A DNA stretch of 64,000 nt. Origin: Dendrobates tinctorius (lineage: Eukaryota). The position numbers were made by a program, and so were the translations under genes. The stretch is taken from assembly GCF_039654945.1 (NCBI RefSeq), contig NW_027361864.1, forward strand, positions 4,340,001 to 4,404,000, read 5' to 3'. Every line of letters begins with the position of its first letter. Within the stretch, counting starts at the first letter, position 1. Below the pieces are notes generated by a model. It did not search any database, was not told where the DNA came from, and saw only the letters and a list, made by a program, of their open reading frames with translations. This document shows, in pieces, positions 25,901-35,860 of the stretch.

Positions 25901-28900
25901 AAAGCGGGAGGGAAATAAAATGGGTGGAGGTCCACAATAGCAGGAAGGGAGGATTTTCTCCACCATACAAAAAAAAAAAAAAAAAAAGGCATAGTATCTT
26001 AACATGGAGGAAATCACCACATCATCTTAATCATATATATATAAAAGATCAGATTTTAAATTCATGCCTGCGGGATATCGTGTTTTTAACTTAAAAATCC
26101 ACATTGCTTCTTTACGGTGCAATTCCTTTTTCCTATCACCTCCCCTCTTGGGGTTTGGGACAGTTTCTATTATATTAACCCTACAAGTACTGATACTATG
26201 CTTTTTTTTTTTTTTTTTTTTGTATGGTGGAGAAAATCCTCCCTTCCTGCTATTGTGGACCGCCAGCAAGTGTATATAGGTATATGCTTATTTGTAAGAT
26301 GTTAAGCTATGAGTAAGGACCCTCTAGTCCGAAACGCGTAAGCGTCTGCCACATTGGTGAACCATATGTTTTTTATGCATCTATTCTGTTTTTAATCATT
26401 TTTTTGGAATTAAGTCTTTTGATTTTAACCATCCTTTGGTCGAAGTTGCTGGAACATCTCCTAAGTATTGTGCCTACAAGATTTTCCGGAATCCAAGTTC
26501 CCTGCACCGCCCGGGATTGATTGCATTCCTCCAGACTTCGCATTTGCTACGGTTTGGTGAGCTGACAAAAAATTTTTTTTTTCCTTAAGGAAATTAAGTT
26601 AGTCTGACATGACTTATTAGTTACAAACCCATGCTGACTCTGTTTAATCACTTCATTCTTATCCAGGTACTTACATACATGTTGTTTAATAATTTGTTCA
26701 ACGATCTTTCCTGGTATAGAAGTCACACTCACCGGCCTATAGTTACCTGGGTCCAACTTCTTCCCCTTTTTGAAGATAGGAACAACATTTGCTCTTCTCC
26801 AGTCTTCTGGGACTTCTCCTGTTCTCCAAGAATTTTCAAAGATTATGGAGAGGGGTTCAGAAATTTCTTCTGCTATCTCCTTCAGAACTCTGGGGTGTAA
26901 TTCATCTGGACCTGGAGACTTGAATTCATTTAGGTTAGCTAAGTGTTTCCTCACTATCTTTCTGTTTATAGATATCCTGGATTCTTCTATTCCCTTAATA
27001 GGACAGTAAAGAACAGTTGATGTTACATTTCCTTTCTGAGAGAAAACAGATGCAAAATAGGAATTTAAAAGTTCGGCCTTCTCAACATCCTGTCTTACCA
27101 TTTCATCATTTTCATCCTGTAAAAATCCTATAGCATCTTTGACTTTTCTTTTACTTTTGACATATCCCCAAAATTCTTTATTATTGCTTTTGACGTCTCT
27201 TGCAAGCCTCAATTCATTGTCCGCTTTAGCTAATCTGATTTGTGCCCTGCAGGTTCTGCAGACAGCATTATATTCTTCTTTAGATATGCCTCCCTCTTTC
27301 CATTTTATAAACATCTCCTTCTTCCTTTTTAGCATGTGCTTAAGTTCTGTGTTCATCCATCCTGGCTTCCTTAAATGCTTCCTATTCTTCCCTCTTTTCG
27401 GAATTGTTAACAATTGTGCTTTGAGAATTTCATTTTTCAAGATTTCCCATCCTTCCTGGACATTTTTGTCCTTAAGGATATCCAGCCATTGGATCCCTCC
27501 AATTCTCTTTCTGAATCCCTTAAAATCTGCCTTTCTGAAATCTAACCTTGACGTCTGAGTCTTGACAGGTCTTCCTCCTCTAGTTATCCAAAATTCTAAA
27601 ATAGCATGGTCGCTACCTCCTAGGGTCCCAGCCACTTTTACCTCCTCAACCATTTCCTCCCTGTTTATAAGGATTAGATCCAAGGTAGCAGTTCCCCTTG
27701 TTTTCTCCCTTACCTTTTGGAAGATAAAGTTGTCAGCAAGAGAGGATAAGAATTTCCTTGACCTGTTAGTTTTGCCTGAGAGAGATTCCCAACAAATGTC
27801 TGGATAGTTGAAATCTCCCATGACAACTATGTCATATTTTTTGGAGAACTTGGCCATTTGATGCATAAAGAGTTCATCCATATCTTCAGCTTGCACAGGC
27901 GGCCTGTAGTAAATGCCTACAATGGTGTCCTTTCCATTGTTCTGTCCTTGTAACCTTACCCAAACAGTTTCCACAGAACTCCCAGTCTCTGAAGCTTCAA
28001 TCTCTGTGCAGATATACGCGTTTCTAACATACAATGCGACACCCCCTCCTCGTTTATCAAGTCTGTTTCTAGCAAATAAGTTGTATCCTTCTATCCTTGT
28101 ATTCCAATCTTGTGTATCGTCCCACCAAGTTTCAGTGATTCCAATGACATCATATTTCTTTTCCTGTGTTAGTAGTTCCAATTCTCGTTTGTTGCCCATG
28201 CTTTGTGCATTAGTATAGAAACATTTTAGTTTGTGATTGGTTTCTCTTTCTCCAATATTTTTAGTAATTAGATTCTTTTGTCTTTGTTCTTCCTTTCCAC
28301 TTCTAATAGCAGAGTTCTCAATAGCATTTGTCAGGTGTATGGCTTTTTCTGGTCTTTTGCTTCCCTTCCCATGTTGTTCTAGTTTTAAAGCTCTCCTTAC
28401 AAGTGTAGCAAGGCGACTTCCAAATACATGCTTTCCAGTCTTCGTAAGGTGCACCCCATCTCTAGCAAGTAGTCCATCGTATAAGTAATTCACTCCGTGA
28501 TCCATAAATCCAAATCTTTGCTGACGGCACCATCGACGTAGCCAGTTGTTCACCTGCAGAATCTTATTCCACCTCCTTGTTCCATGGCCATCCACTGGGA
28601 GGATGGAAGAGAAGACCACCTGCGCTCCCAGTTCTTTCACTTTCTTGCCTAAGTCTTCAAAGTCTCTGCAGATGGTTTCCAGGGCGTTTCTTGCGGTGTC
28701 ATTTGTCCCCACATGTAGTAGCAGGAATGGGTAGTCATCTGTAGGTCTGAAGAGTCCTGATATCCTGTCAGACATCTTTTTTGCACCTGGAAGACAGCAC
28801 ATTTCTCTTGAGGTTATATCCGGTCTGCAGATAGCGGCCTCTGTTCCTCTCAACAGGGAATCCCCCATGACCACCACTCTCCGTTTCTTCTTCACAACAT

Positions 28901-30002
28901 TTTTCTTTCTCCATCCAGGAGGACTCTGAAGGCGTACAAGGTTGCTGTTTGTGGGCAAAGTCTTATCCTGATGTATTTCTTCATCGTTTTCCTGTGTGAG
29001 AGCCTCGTACTGGTTCCTGAGCAGTATGGGTGCTGACTGCCTCCTGATCCTCCTGCTTCTCTGGGTCACATGTCTCCATTCCTCTGTTTCTTCAGGTGCA
29101 CTTCGAATTTCTTCTCTTTTTGTAACATGAAGAGATAATTCTGCTCTGTCTAAGAACTCTTCACCTTCCTTAATGATCTTCAACGTAGCTAACCTCTCTT
29201 CGAGATTTTGCAAGGCGTTTGCATGTTCTCTCCGTTTGGGTTTCCTCCAGATTCTCCAGTTTCCTCCCACAGTCCATAGACGTACTGGTAGGGAATCTAG
29301 ATTGTGAGCCCCAATGGGAACAGTCATGATGTCTGCACAGGCTGATGCAGGCGGAGGTGGCAGAACGGCTGCACAGTGATTCTATGGTGTGTCCCTGTGC
29401 CCCATCATTCAGGACCTGATAGCCCGTGAGTCTCAGTAGTCTGGTTCCATATAAAATACAGCTAAATATTGAGTAAAAGGAGACCGTCCAAAGGGTCCTA
29501 CCCCCTAAATCATGTAACATTGAATCCTCCAATCACAGGTGATGGCTGTGGATGGCGTCCGGTATAATAACCTTACTGGTCTTGTATCTCTCCAGCACGG
29601 TAACGATGCGGCATCGCTCTCCATCGCAGAACAGTACGTGACCGCCTTCTCCAAACTGGCGAAAGAATCCAACACGATACTACTGCCATCGAACACCGGA
29701 GACATCAGCAGCATGGTGACCCAGGTCTGTGCGCACCTCGCAAGTAGCCTCATGGCAAAACTACAACTCCCACTATGTCCTGAGTAGGCATGCTGGACTT
29801 GTAGATTTGGAAAGCTCCGGATCGGACATTGCTGCGGTAAAAGATCTCTGTTCACCTCTGGGTAACGTCTCTCTCCTTTTTCACACAGGCCTTGGGAATA
29901 TACGGCACACTGACGAAAAACATCCCACAGAGCAGTCCCCTGTTAAAACCAGCGGGAGCCGCCGAATTCCCGGACACAGAGGAGCTAAAGCCGAGGTCCT
30001 GA
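12967..30002 (+). CDS. STOML2: Stomatin-like protein 2, mitochondrial (10 coding exons, 1059 nt, 352 aa)
   Basis: join(12967-13008,13484-13636,14526-14625,16141-16199,17962-18063,18632-18766,20717-20861,23239-23318,29596-29724,29889-30002). All introns GT-AG with consistent phases. SPFH motifs [47 protein letters not shown] and [13 protein letters not shown] are present. Confidence 0.97.
13484..13636 (+). CDS. STOML2: STOML2 exon 2
   Basis: cag|GGC...[33 protein letters not shown]|gtggg. Confidence 0.95.
13775..13995 (+). mobile_element. V-SINE-like element, 5'-truncated, with L2-type 3' tail
   Basis: V-domain-like core gtttgtatgttctccccgtgtttgcgtgggtttcctccggg..ccggtttcctcccac, then tail gcgctatataaaaataaaga(tta)n. 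The same family occurs at 23655-29340 and 25357-25610. Confidence 0.85.
14320..14469. mobile_element. Short palindromic Harbinger-type MITE
   Basis: ggccggagtcacacttgcgag ... tcgcaagtctgaccccggct with long inverted arms and TGA/TTA flanks. Confidence 0.7.
14526..14625 (+). CDS. STOML2: STOML2 exon 3
   Basis: [33 protein letters not shown]; ag/gt boundaries. Confidence 0.96.
16141..16199 (+). CDS. STOML2: STOML2 exon 4
   Basis: (D)[19 protein letters not shown]; ag/gt boundaries. Confidence 0.96.
16721..17769. mobile_element. T2/Kolobok-type MITE containing (GT)n and a degenerate ~60-65-bp internal repeat
   Basis: tcaa|AGGGGACGTTACCAG ... CTAGTGAAAGGTCCTCT|ttaa. (GT)n at ~16945-16979; repeated gagatctggaagtgtttgtaatg motif. 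Confidence 0.6.
17962..18063 (+). CDS. STOML2: STOML2 exon 5
   Basis: [34 protein letters not shown]. Confidence 0.96.
18632..18766 (+). CDS. STOML2: STOML2 exon 6
   Basis: [45 protein letters not shown]. Confidence 0.96.
19670..20315. repeat. Degenerate GC-rich minisatellite (~30-33-bp unit)
   Basis: Recurrent cctgtaggagaggagctgccacaggagccg. Confidence 0.8.
20717..20861 (+). CDS. STOML2: STOML2 exon 7
   Basis: [48 protein letters not shown]. Confidence 0.96.
21533..23095. mobile_element. piggyBac-like non-autonomous element (CCC...GGG|TTAA) with an internal Harbinger-type fragment and an assembly gap
   Basis: Starts cccctttctgacat and ends ggtcggtaacggg|ttaa. Shares subterminal sequence (aaaaagttatggctct) with the element at ~14800-15830. 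Confidence 0.5.
22198..22328. other. Assembly gap (131 N)
   Basis: Run of n flanked by CT/GA microsatellite-like sequence. Confidence 0.99.
23239..23318 (+). CDS. STOML2: STOML2 exon 8
   Basis: (G)[26 protein letters not shown]. Confidence 0.95.
24116..24622. mobile_element. PIF/Harbinger MITE inserted in the CR1
   Basis: 25-bp perfect TIR ggcctctttcacacttcagtttttt; TAA TSD at 24113-24115 and 24623-24625. Confidence 0.9.
25357..25610 (-). mobile_element. V-SINE inserted in the CR1 RT region
   Basis: Reverse complement of the SINE family at 13775. It has a tRNA B-box-like ggttcaaatccc on the minus strand and a (tta) tail at ~25357-25375. Confidence 0.85.
25802..25857 (-). ncRNA. Variant hammerhead ribozyme motif (A3-U8 core), copy 1
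   Basis: Exact reverse complement of copy 2 at 26299-26354. Confidence 0.6.
26299..26354 (+). ncRNA. Variant hammerhead ribozyme motif (A3-U8 core), copy 2
   Basis: AUGAGUA-A-GGAC(CCUCUA)GUCC-GAAA-CGC(GUAA)GCG-UC: stem II, GAAA box, stem III with a GNRA loop, and a GUC triplet ending at 26346. Stem I is weak. Confidence 0.6.
29596..29724 (+). CDS. STOML2: STOML2 exon 9
   Basis: [43 protein letters not shown]. Confidence 0.96.
29889..30002 (+). CDS. STOML2: STOML2 exon 10 (last coding exon)
   Basis: [37 protein letters not shown]; TGA at 30000-30002. Confidence 0.92.
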   Translation, partial: ALGIYGTLTKNIPQSSPLLKPAGAAEFPDTEELKPRS

Positions 30003-33000
30003 TGACCGCTCCTGCCGGGCCACTCGCTGACGACGCTGCTCCTGCCGGGCCGCTCGCTGACGACGCTGCTCAATATTAGGAGATTTTGTACTGTAATTAT
30101 GATTTGTCACATAATATATGCTTTCGAACTAAGATGGATTCCATTATTTCTTTGTGCCTTGATAGATTGAGGATTGTGACACTCGTACAGACATTCGCTC
30201 TCTTAAAGGGGTCCTGTAATCGCTTTTATGCTGTCCAGACCCCAGAGAGAACATAGCATGAAGAACAAACCGCACAGAGGGAGAAGCACCCATTTGGGTT
30301 TTTCCCCCCCGTTCATCTTGATTGGCGGGTCTCTCCTTGAGTATGTTGTAGGGAGAGACCCCGCCAGAGTAGAGAAGCCGACAGGACTGATCCAGCAGAC
30401 TCTTCCCTCTTGTTCCCCGGCTTATTTTTCCAGTTATGTCTCCTCCGATCATTGCGGCATTTCTGACCCCTGGAGTCCATCTGGATGTCTCGTCTTTTAT
30501 GGATGACCCCATGTCTTATGCTACAGTCAGCGCCAATCTGCCTGGCAGCTGCTTATCCCTCCATAGGATACCCCATACATGTATGATCGAGGCTGCGGAT
30601 CTCCCATAGAAGTGCATGGGGTGTCCTGCACATGTCAAAGGAGGGGACCGACTATTAAAAGATGAGCAATGGAGCCATAGGAGCACAAGAGCAGGGTAAT
30701 TTTGTGAGTTTTTTTCTGCAGCGGTAAAATCTACACAATTCAGTGCAGATTTCCCCTGCAAACTCTTGTCAAATTCTGCCACATGCAATTGTGAGAGCAG
30801 CAAAACCGCCTTCTCACCATGTGCCAGACTTCTGGTCACGTTCTCTATTTGCAGAGACATGATAGAGGATCGGACGCTCTGTGCGCCCCTTCATACATCA
30901 TGCGGGTGGGGAGAGATATGTATTTCCCTGAGTGAGAGGAAAGAAAGATGACTGTCACGGGGGGGGGGGGGACAGTGAAGTCACAGGGACCCCAGAACTT
31001 AACTCTCTAGCTTCCTGTACAGCTGATAAAACTGGCAACCAGCAGCCACCACTAGGGGGAGCTCAGCATTGGGGACTGTATACAGCGGTCTGAGGACTCA
31101 TCACAGGCTGTAAACTGCTGAGGGTGAACGTACAGACACACGAGAGTGTCTCCATACACAGCAGTCTCGTGGTTCTGCATCCATACTGAGTTTGACAATT
31201 TTGGATGACCCAAAAATGAGCGCGGCCAAAGTTCTGCCCACCCGCGACAGCCCAATGGCCGCACGATTTTCTTCTACTTTGGCCAGTGTGGTGCAACGAG
31301 GTTTTGCTGTTTGTGACCGGCTGCACCATTTGGCCTGACACTAATGGTTGAGAAAGCAAAAATGATTGAAAAGTTTGTACAGAAAGTAGATTCTTGATGC
31401 AAATCCAGCAGAGTAATTCTGGTGACCGCTGCAGCAGGAGTCAGAAACCCTTTCTTTGGATCCCTGTATCATGTCTTGCACCCGGAGGTGCTGGGTCAAA
31501 GGCAACTGGAATGTTCCTCCTCCTGTTCTTGGCCACTTAACGTGGTTTTCAGGCTTTGAAAAAAAAAAAAATCATGGGGAGAAGAAGAAAATGAAGGAAA
31601 GAAGCAATAATCACCCCTGGGATCCAGCGCTGCCGCTCTGATCGCTTCCTCCGGATCGCTAGTGATGATGGCTCCTGACCTCACAATGTGGATCCAGTAA
31701 GCAAAAAATGGATCTGTTACAAATGAAAGAAAAACCGATGGATGATTAATGGATCCATTTTCAATAGACATCACTGGTAAAAAAAAACGGATCCAGCAGA
31801 GATCAGTTATTTAGAAGGTTGTGTCAGCACTTTTTTCCAGCGGATCACTACTGGACATGTGAACACGGCCTTAGATAAATGCTCGGCAGCAGATATCTCT
31901 TGCGACTCCCCATACATTGGATGAACTCTCCTATGTCCTCTATGAGAGACGCGTTCCCAGACCCCTCCGGCCGCTCATCTCGGAGGAGAACAAAAGGATC
32001 TGTGGTTGGAAGCCCCAATACCTGTTGTGGGTCTATTAGTCTGATTACTGGAGCGTTTCCTCTTCTTCCATCTTCAGGAGTGCACTGCTACTCCACGGGA
32101 GCGGTGCGCTCTTCATGATTAAGAGTTTGGACTGGCGGCAGGCAGAGATCTCTGATCACAAGGTGACACTTTGCGGCTGCAGGTTGGTGGTGAGAGAGCA
32201 CAGCCCCAAAAATGGCAGCTGGTTCAGGACGAGTGGGCGACCATGGAATGAATCCCTGGGAGAGACTGAACTCAGTGATTGGCTGCAGTGTTGTCGATGT
32301 GATGTCGGCGATACAGACAATATTAGACGCTGGGAGCAATGGCTTCAATGCAAAGCTGGATCCAGGGAGGGTGATTAGGGCGCACCTTTTTTTCTGCAGC
32401 CAGGGAGACGAGGGGCTTTCTTGTTTTGTTGGAGGTTGAGGAGGAAAAGTCGAAAGTGAAAAGAGACCCTGTGGAGCCGCCCTGCACACAGACCAATGGT
32501 CCGCAGGTGAAACTGTATCGTGCTCCATTTTGGAGCCGACCAAGATCGCTGGTTCATTTTGTGGCTCCTCCATCCCTCCGCCGTGAGGGCGAACACATGG
32601 AGCCACACACCCCTGTTTTGCCTGGGCACTGGCCTGTCTGAATCCGGCCAAAATGTGTCAGTGCGAACAAGGCCTAACCCCGACCTGTGAGGTAGTGACT
32701 GTGGAGGAGCCGCCATGATGGACATCAGTGCCATAGCGATATGTCTGTAAAGTGATGTGACGCTATCTCCTAACGCTCAATCCCAACACAAAGTCTGTGC
32801 CTCATCGTAGGCAGGAGGCTCACAGCCCACAGAGATTCGCAGGTAATATCCTCCTTAAAGGGGTCGTCCACCTTACAAACGTTTTCTTTTCTAACTTGAA
32901 TACCTGCGTTTAGAGCTAACGTTCGTCTTTGCAATTGGATAGAATTAAAAACGCTGTGTTGCTGGCTTTCTATAGCGTCTGTGCTGCCGAATGAGTCAAC

Positions 33001-33442
33001 TGAGAATCGGTCTGTGAGCTCGTCCTGACATCAGGCAGGAGACTTTAACTCTTTCATGGTTTTTTTTTTTCTGCGCTCCCCTCAGCTGATTTATGACCAC
33101 AGATCGCATCAAAGTTGAATACATAGAGAAACGAAGACCCCCCGATTCATCATTTGTGGGGGGGGATGTCACTTTTTTTTTTCTTTGCCTTTTTTCATGA
33201 TTTGACGTATTTTGTTCCATGTTTTCCCAAGTAGCGCGCGTGATTCAAGAATTTGTTGCAGGAGGGACGGGGTGACTGGAGAGGAGTTGCTCCAAATTTT
33301 ACCTGGAAAAACTAAACGCCTCCAATTAAGTGGAATAAGGAAAAAAAAAAAAAAAAAAAGAGGCGATCACAGATGAAATAGACTAGGTGAAAATAGAATA
33401 ATGGAAAACACAAAAAAAAAAACCTGTGAAAATCAGTGCAAG

Positions 33443-33760
33443 CAAAATGCTACTGAGCATGCGCCCTCAGGCTGCAATACCACCTACTGCCCAGTAGATG
33501 TCGCTTCGGTTAGCTCTTACTAGGCAGAAGGGCAAACAAAATGCTACTGAGCATGCGCCCTCAGGCTGCAATACCACCTACTGCCCAGTAGATGTCGCTT
33601 CGGTTAGCTCTTACTAGGCATAAGGGCAAACTAAATGCTACTGAGCAAGCGCCATGAAGCTGCAATCCTACCTCCGGCCAGTAGATGTCGCAAGGCGGCG
33701 CTTCTATCAGCTCTTCTCTCTGTGGTAGCGTTGCCGTGGTGACGCTGTCCTCTTCCGGGT
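33443..33760 (+). promoter_or_regulatory. PIGO promoter: 94-bp unit repeated about 2.6 times with NRF1-like and CTCF-like motifs, then a half-CRE and an ETS site
   Basis: Units start at 33443, 33537 and 33631. TGAGCATGCGC at 33454 and 33548; CCAGTAGATGTCGC at 33491, 33585 and 33678; GTGACG at 33739; CTTCCGG at 33752. Confidence 0.6.
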
Positions 33761-33814
33761 GCTCCTGACCTCGGAGTGAATGTGAGGACGGAGCGCGGCA
33801 GCTGCCGGTGCCAG
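33745..33814 (+). other. PIGO: Probable non-coding first exon of PIGO (start approximate)
   Basis: CpG-rich segment ending CAG|gtacag, with a YY1-like GCCGCCATT just downstream. The PIGO ATG exon begins with a splice acceptor, so an upstream exon is needed. Confidence 0.55.
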
Positions 33815-34853
33815 GTACAGCGGAGAGCGGCCGCCATTATTACCAGTGGTCGTTATGTCTCACCGTGTTACATTATTAACCCCTGCAGCTCTGGGAGGAC
33901 ACACACTGGGGGCTGGTGGGTTATTACAGGCCTCTGCTGCACCCACTGTCTGTGGTCGGGGAGGATTCACATGTTGTGGGGGGTTTTGTAATTATTGGTT
34001 TATACCCTTTGGGGCGTTTTTGGAGTCTTTGGTAAAAAATGAGCGAATCCCTCAAAATCCAAAATCACATGAGAAGGGGCCACCCCCCCCCCATCCCCAA
34101 AGGGGGAAGCGATTCGTAATGAATGGGCAGTATTGCTTTAGTCTTTGGGGGCTGGGAAGGGGTTAAACACTAATAAGTAGCGGTCACGACGTGCGATGCC
34201 CCCCGTGACTGCGTGAGGACAAGCACAGGCCGCAGCCCCGGAAGAACGGACCACCGGGGGCTGCGATGGACTACGTGGGGAACGGGGAGTCTAATTTTTT
34301 TTTTTTTCAATTTAACCCCTTTCGTAATAATTTGTTTTGAATCTGTTTGCTCATGTCCAGGCTCTAGCAATTGTTCTATATGAACTAGGTCTTAGGAAAA
34401 TGACCGGAGAAGGATAAGCTGTGACTGACTGCACCAAGACCTGACCGTACAAACAGCGACCTGTGCCTAAACCAGGAGACACATCGCCATGTGTGACTGT
34501 AAAAAGAAATAGGCTTACCGGGGACTTCCCACAAACAACTCATTTGAATCAATAGATCTTGGAATAATAATAGATTCCACAATTGGGTGGGTTTAAAATG
34601 TTCCTGTGCCGAGATAATCATATACACGTGCCGCTGCTGTGTACTGTGTAATGGCTGTGTCTGACCATACAGGGACGTGGTCTGATCACACCACAGCTCC
34701 TGGGCAGGGGAGGAAGCAAGAGTATACAGATAGAATCAGCTGTGAACAGGAACATTTTATTTAAACACATCCAGTTGTGGAAATTATTATTATTCCAAGA
34801 TCTATTGATTAAAATCCACTTTTAATTTAACTTTGTGGGGAAAATCCCTTTAA

Positions 34854-35302
34854 AGGGTTGCTTCCTAGATGGCTATTTTCTGATTTCCCTTGAAAAAGCA
34901 AGCCGTATTGCAATTTACTGCTTATTAGAATGTGCAGCCGTCCTTGAGATATTGTCAGTTTTCTTTGGTTTACAACTAGTTGCCTAGGAGACCGACCACC
35001 GCTGCCGTGTAGCTTGTTAGCGCCGCTTTGAAGCTGGCCAGATTAGGAGATAGCAGTGTGCTGCAGCAATGCTGTGCGGCTTCACAATGAGTGTTTACAA
35101 GCCAAATGGAAAAGAGCATGTAAGCGCTGCATGTTCGGCTGTCTGGCAGCAGTGGTCGGCCTCCATGGCAGCGAGATGTAAACAAAAAAGCGCTAATATT
35201 GCAAGAACAGTTGAATATTTTATTAAGCAGTAAATTCCAAAAGTGCTTGTACTTACACTCATTATCTGACAATATACCTCTATGGAGAGGAGAAATAACC
35301 CT
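34854..35302. mobile_element. T2/Kolobok-type MITE abutting another MITE (~34380-34849) at a shared TTAA
   Basis: ttaa|AGGGTTGCTTC ... GAAATAACCCT|ttaa with inverted internal arms. Confidence 0.7.
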
Positions 35303-35860
35303 TTAAGTAACATTTCCATCACAGTGTTATAGTTCAGGACAAAGATGTGCATTTATGACGGCTGTGGCAATCCAGTTAGTTCCCTGTGTATCCGTAAATT
35401 GCAGACCACAGACATCTGATAAGCGTCTGCAATTTACTCACAGGCTGAATTCTCTGTCCTATTAATGGGCATAGATGGAAAGCCCCATATCTCACTCCCT
35501 CAATTCCTTTACACATCCCCCCCAGTAAGTCCTATATGGTAGCAGTGCAGTCAGTTGAAGGCAGATATGCTGAACATTGCTTTACATTTTTGGTAATTCA
35601 CTATAGTTTTTTTTCATCTCATTCAAAAAACCGTGCGGGACAAATTGTATTATTTAAAGAGTTGCTCAGCTACTTTGATTGTCCTATTGTCAGATCGCCC
35701 CCCCCCCCCCCCCCGACACACCCACTAATCACCTCTGTCAACTGTGTAGTGGTAGAGCCTGGGTACTGCAGGTCCAATTATTAGGAGTGGATCTGCAGTA
35801 CCTATCTTCTGCCACTACACATTTGATGGAACTGTGCTGTTAAGCTCCGCAACCACTTAA

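Larger units (their letters stand above)
25687..26586 (-). mobile_element. Heavily 5'-truncated Penelope-like element with inverted pseudo-LTRs, inserted in the CR1
   Basis: 15-bp TSD aaggaaattaagtta at 25672-25686 and 26587-26601. Inverted arms at 25687-25998 and 26192-26470. The centre encodes a GIY-YIG C-terminus, [38 protein letters not shown] (stop at 26027). Confidence 0.88.
23727..29207 (-). mobile_element. CR1 LINE, 5'-truncated: ORF1 SGNH esterase, APE endonuclease and RT; interrupted by three insertions
   Basis: GDSLLRG / LHVGTND / DGVHL (esterase); [25 protein letters not shown] (APE); [56 protein letters not shown] (RT and C-terminus). 3' end GATTCTATG matches the CR1 terminal repeat. 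Confidence 0.96.
23655..29340 (+). mobile_element. V-SINE split in two (23655-23729 and ~29208-29340) by the CR1 insertion
   Basis: The left half gctcagtggttagcac..aatcccaccaaggacaacat and the right half tgcaaggcgtttgcatgttctctcc.. join into the same sequence seen uninterrupted at 13777-13920. Confidence 0.8.

Noticed and set aside
26547-29327. 926-aa ORF as an intact or domesticated gene
   Set aside because: Its ATG and first ~40 codons come from the antisense V-SINE, and its last codons from the PLE insert. The RT is cut by insertions, so this is a disrupted CR1 copy.
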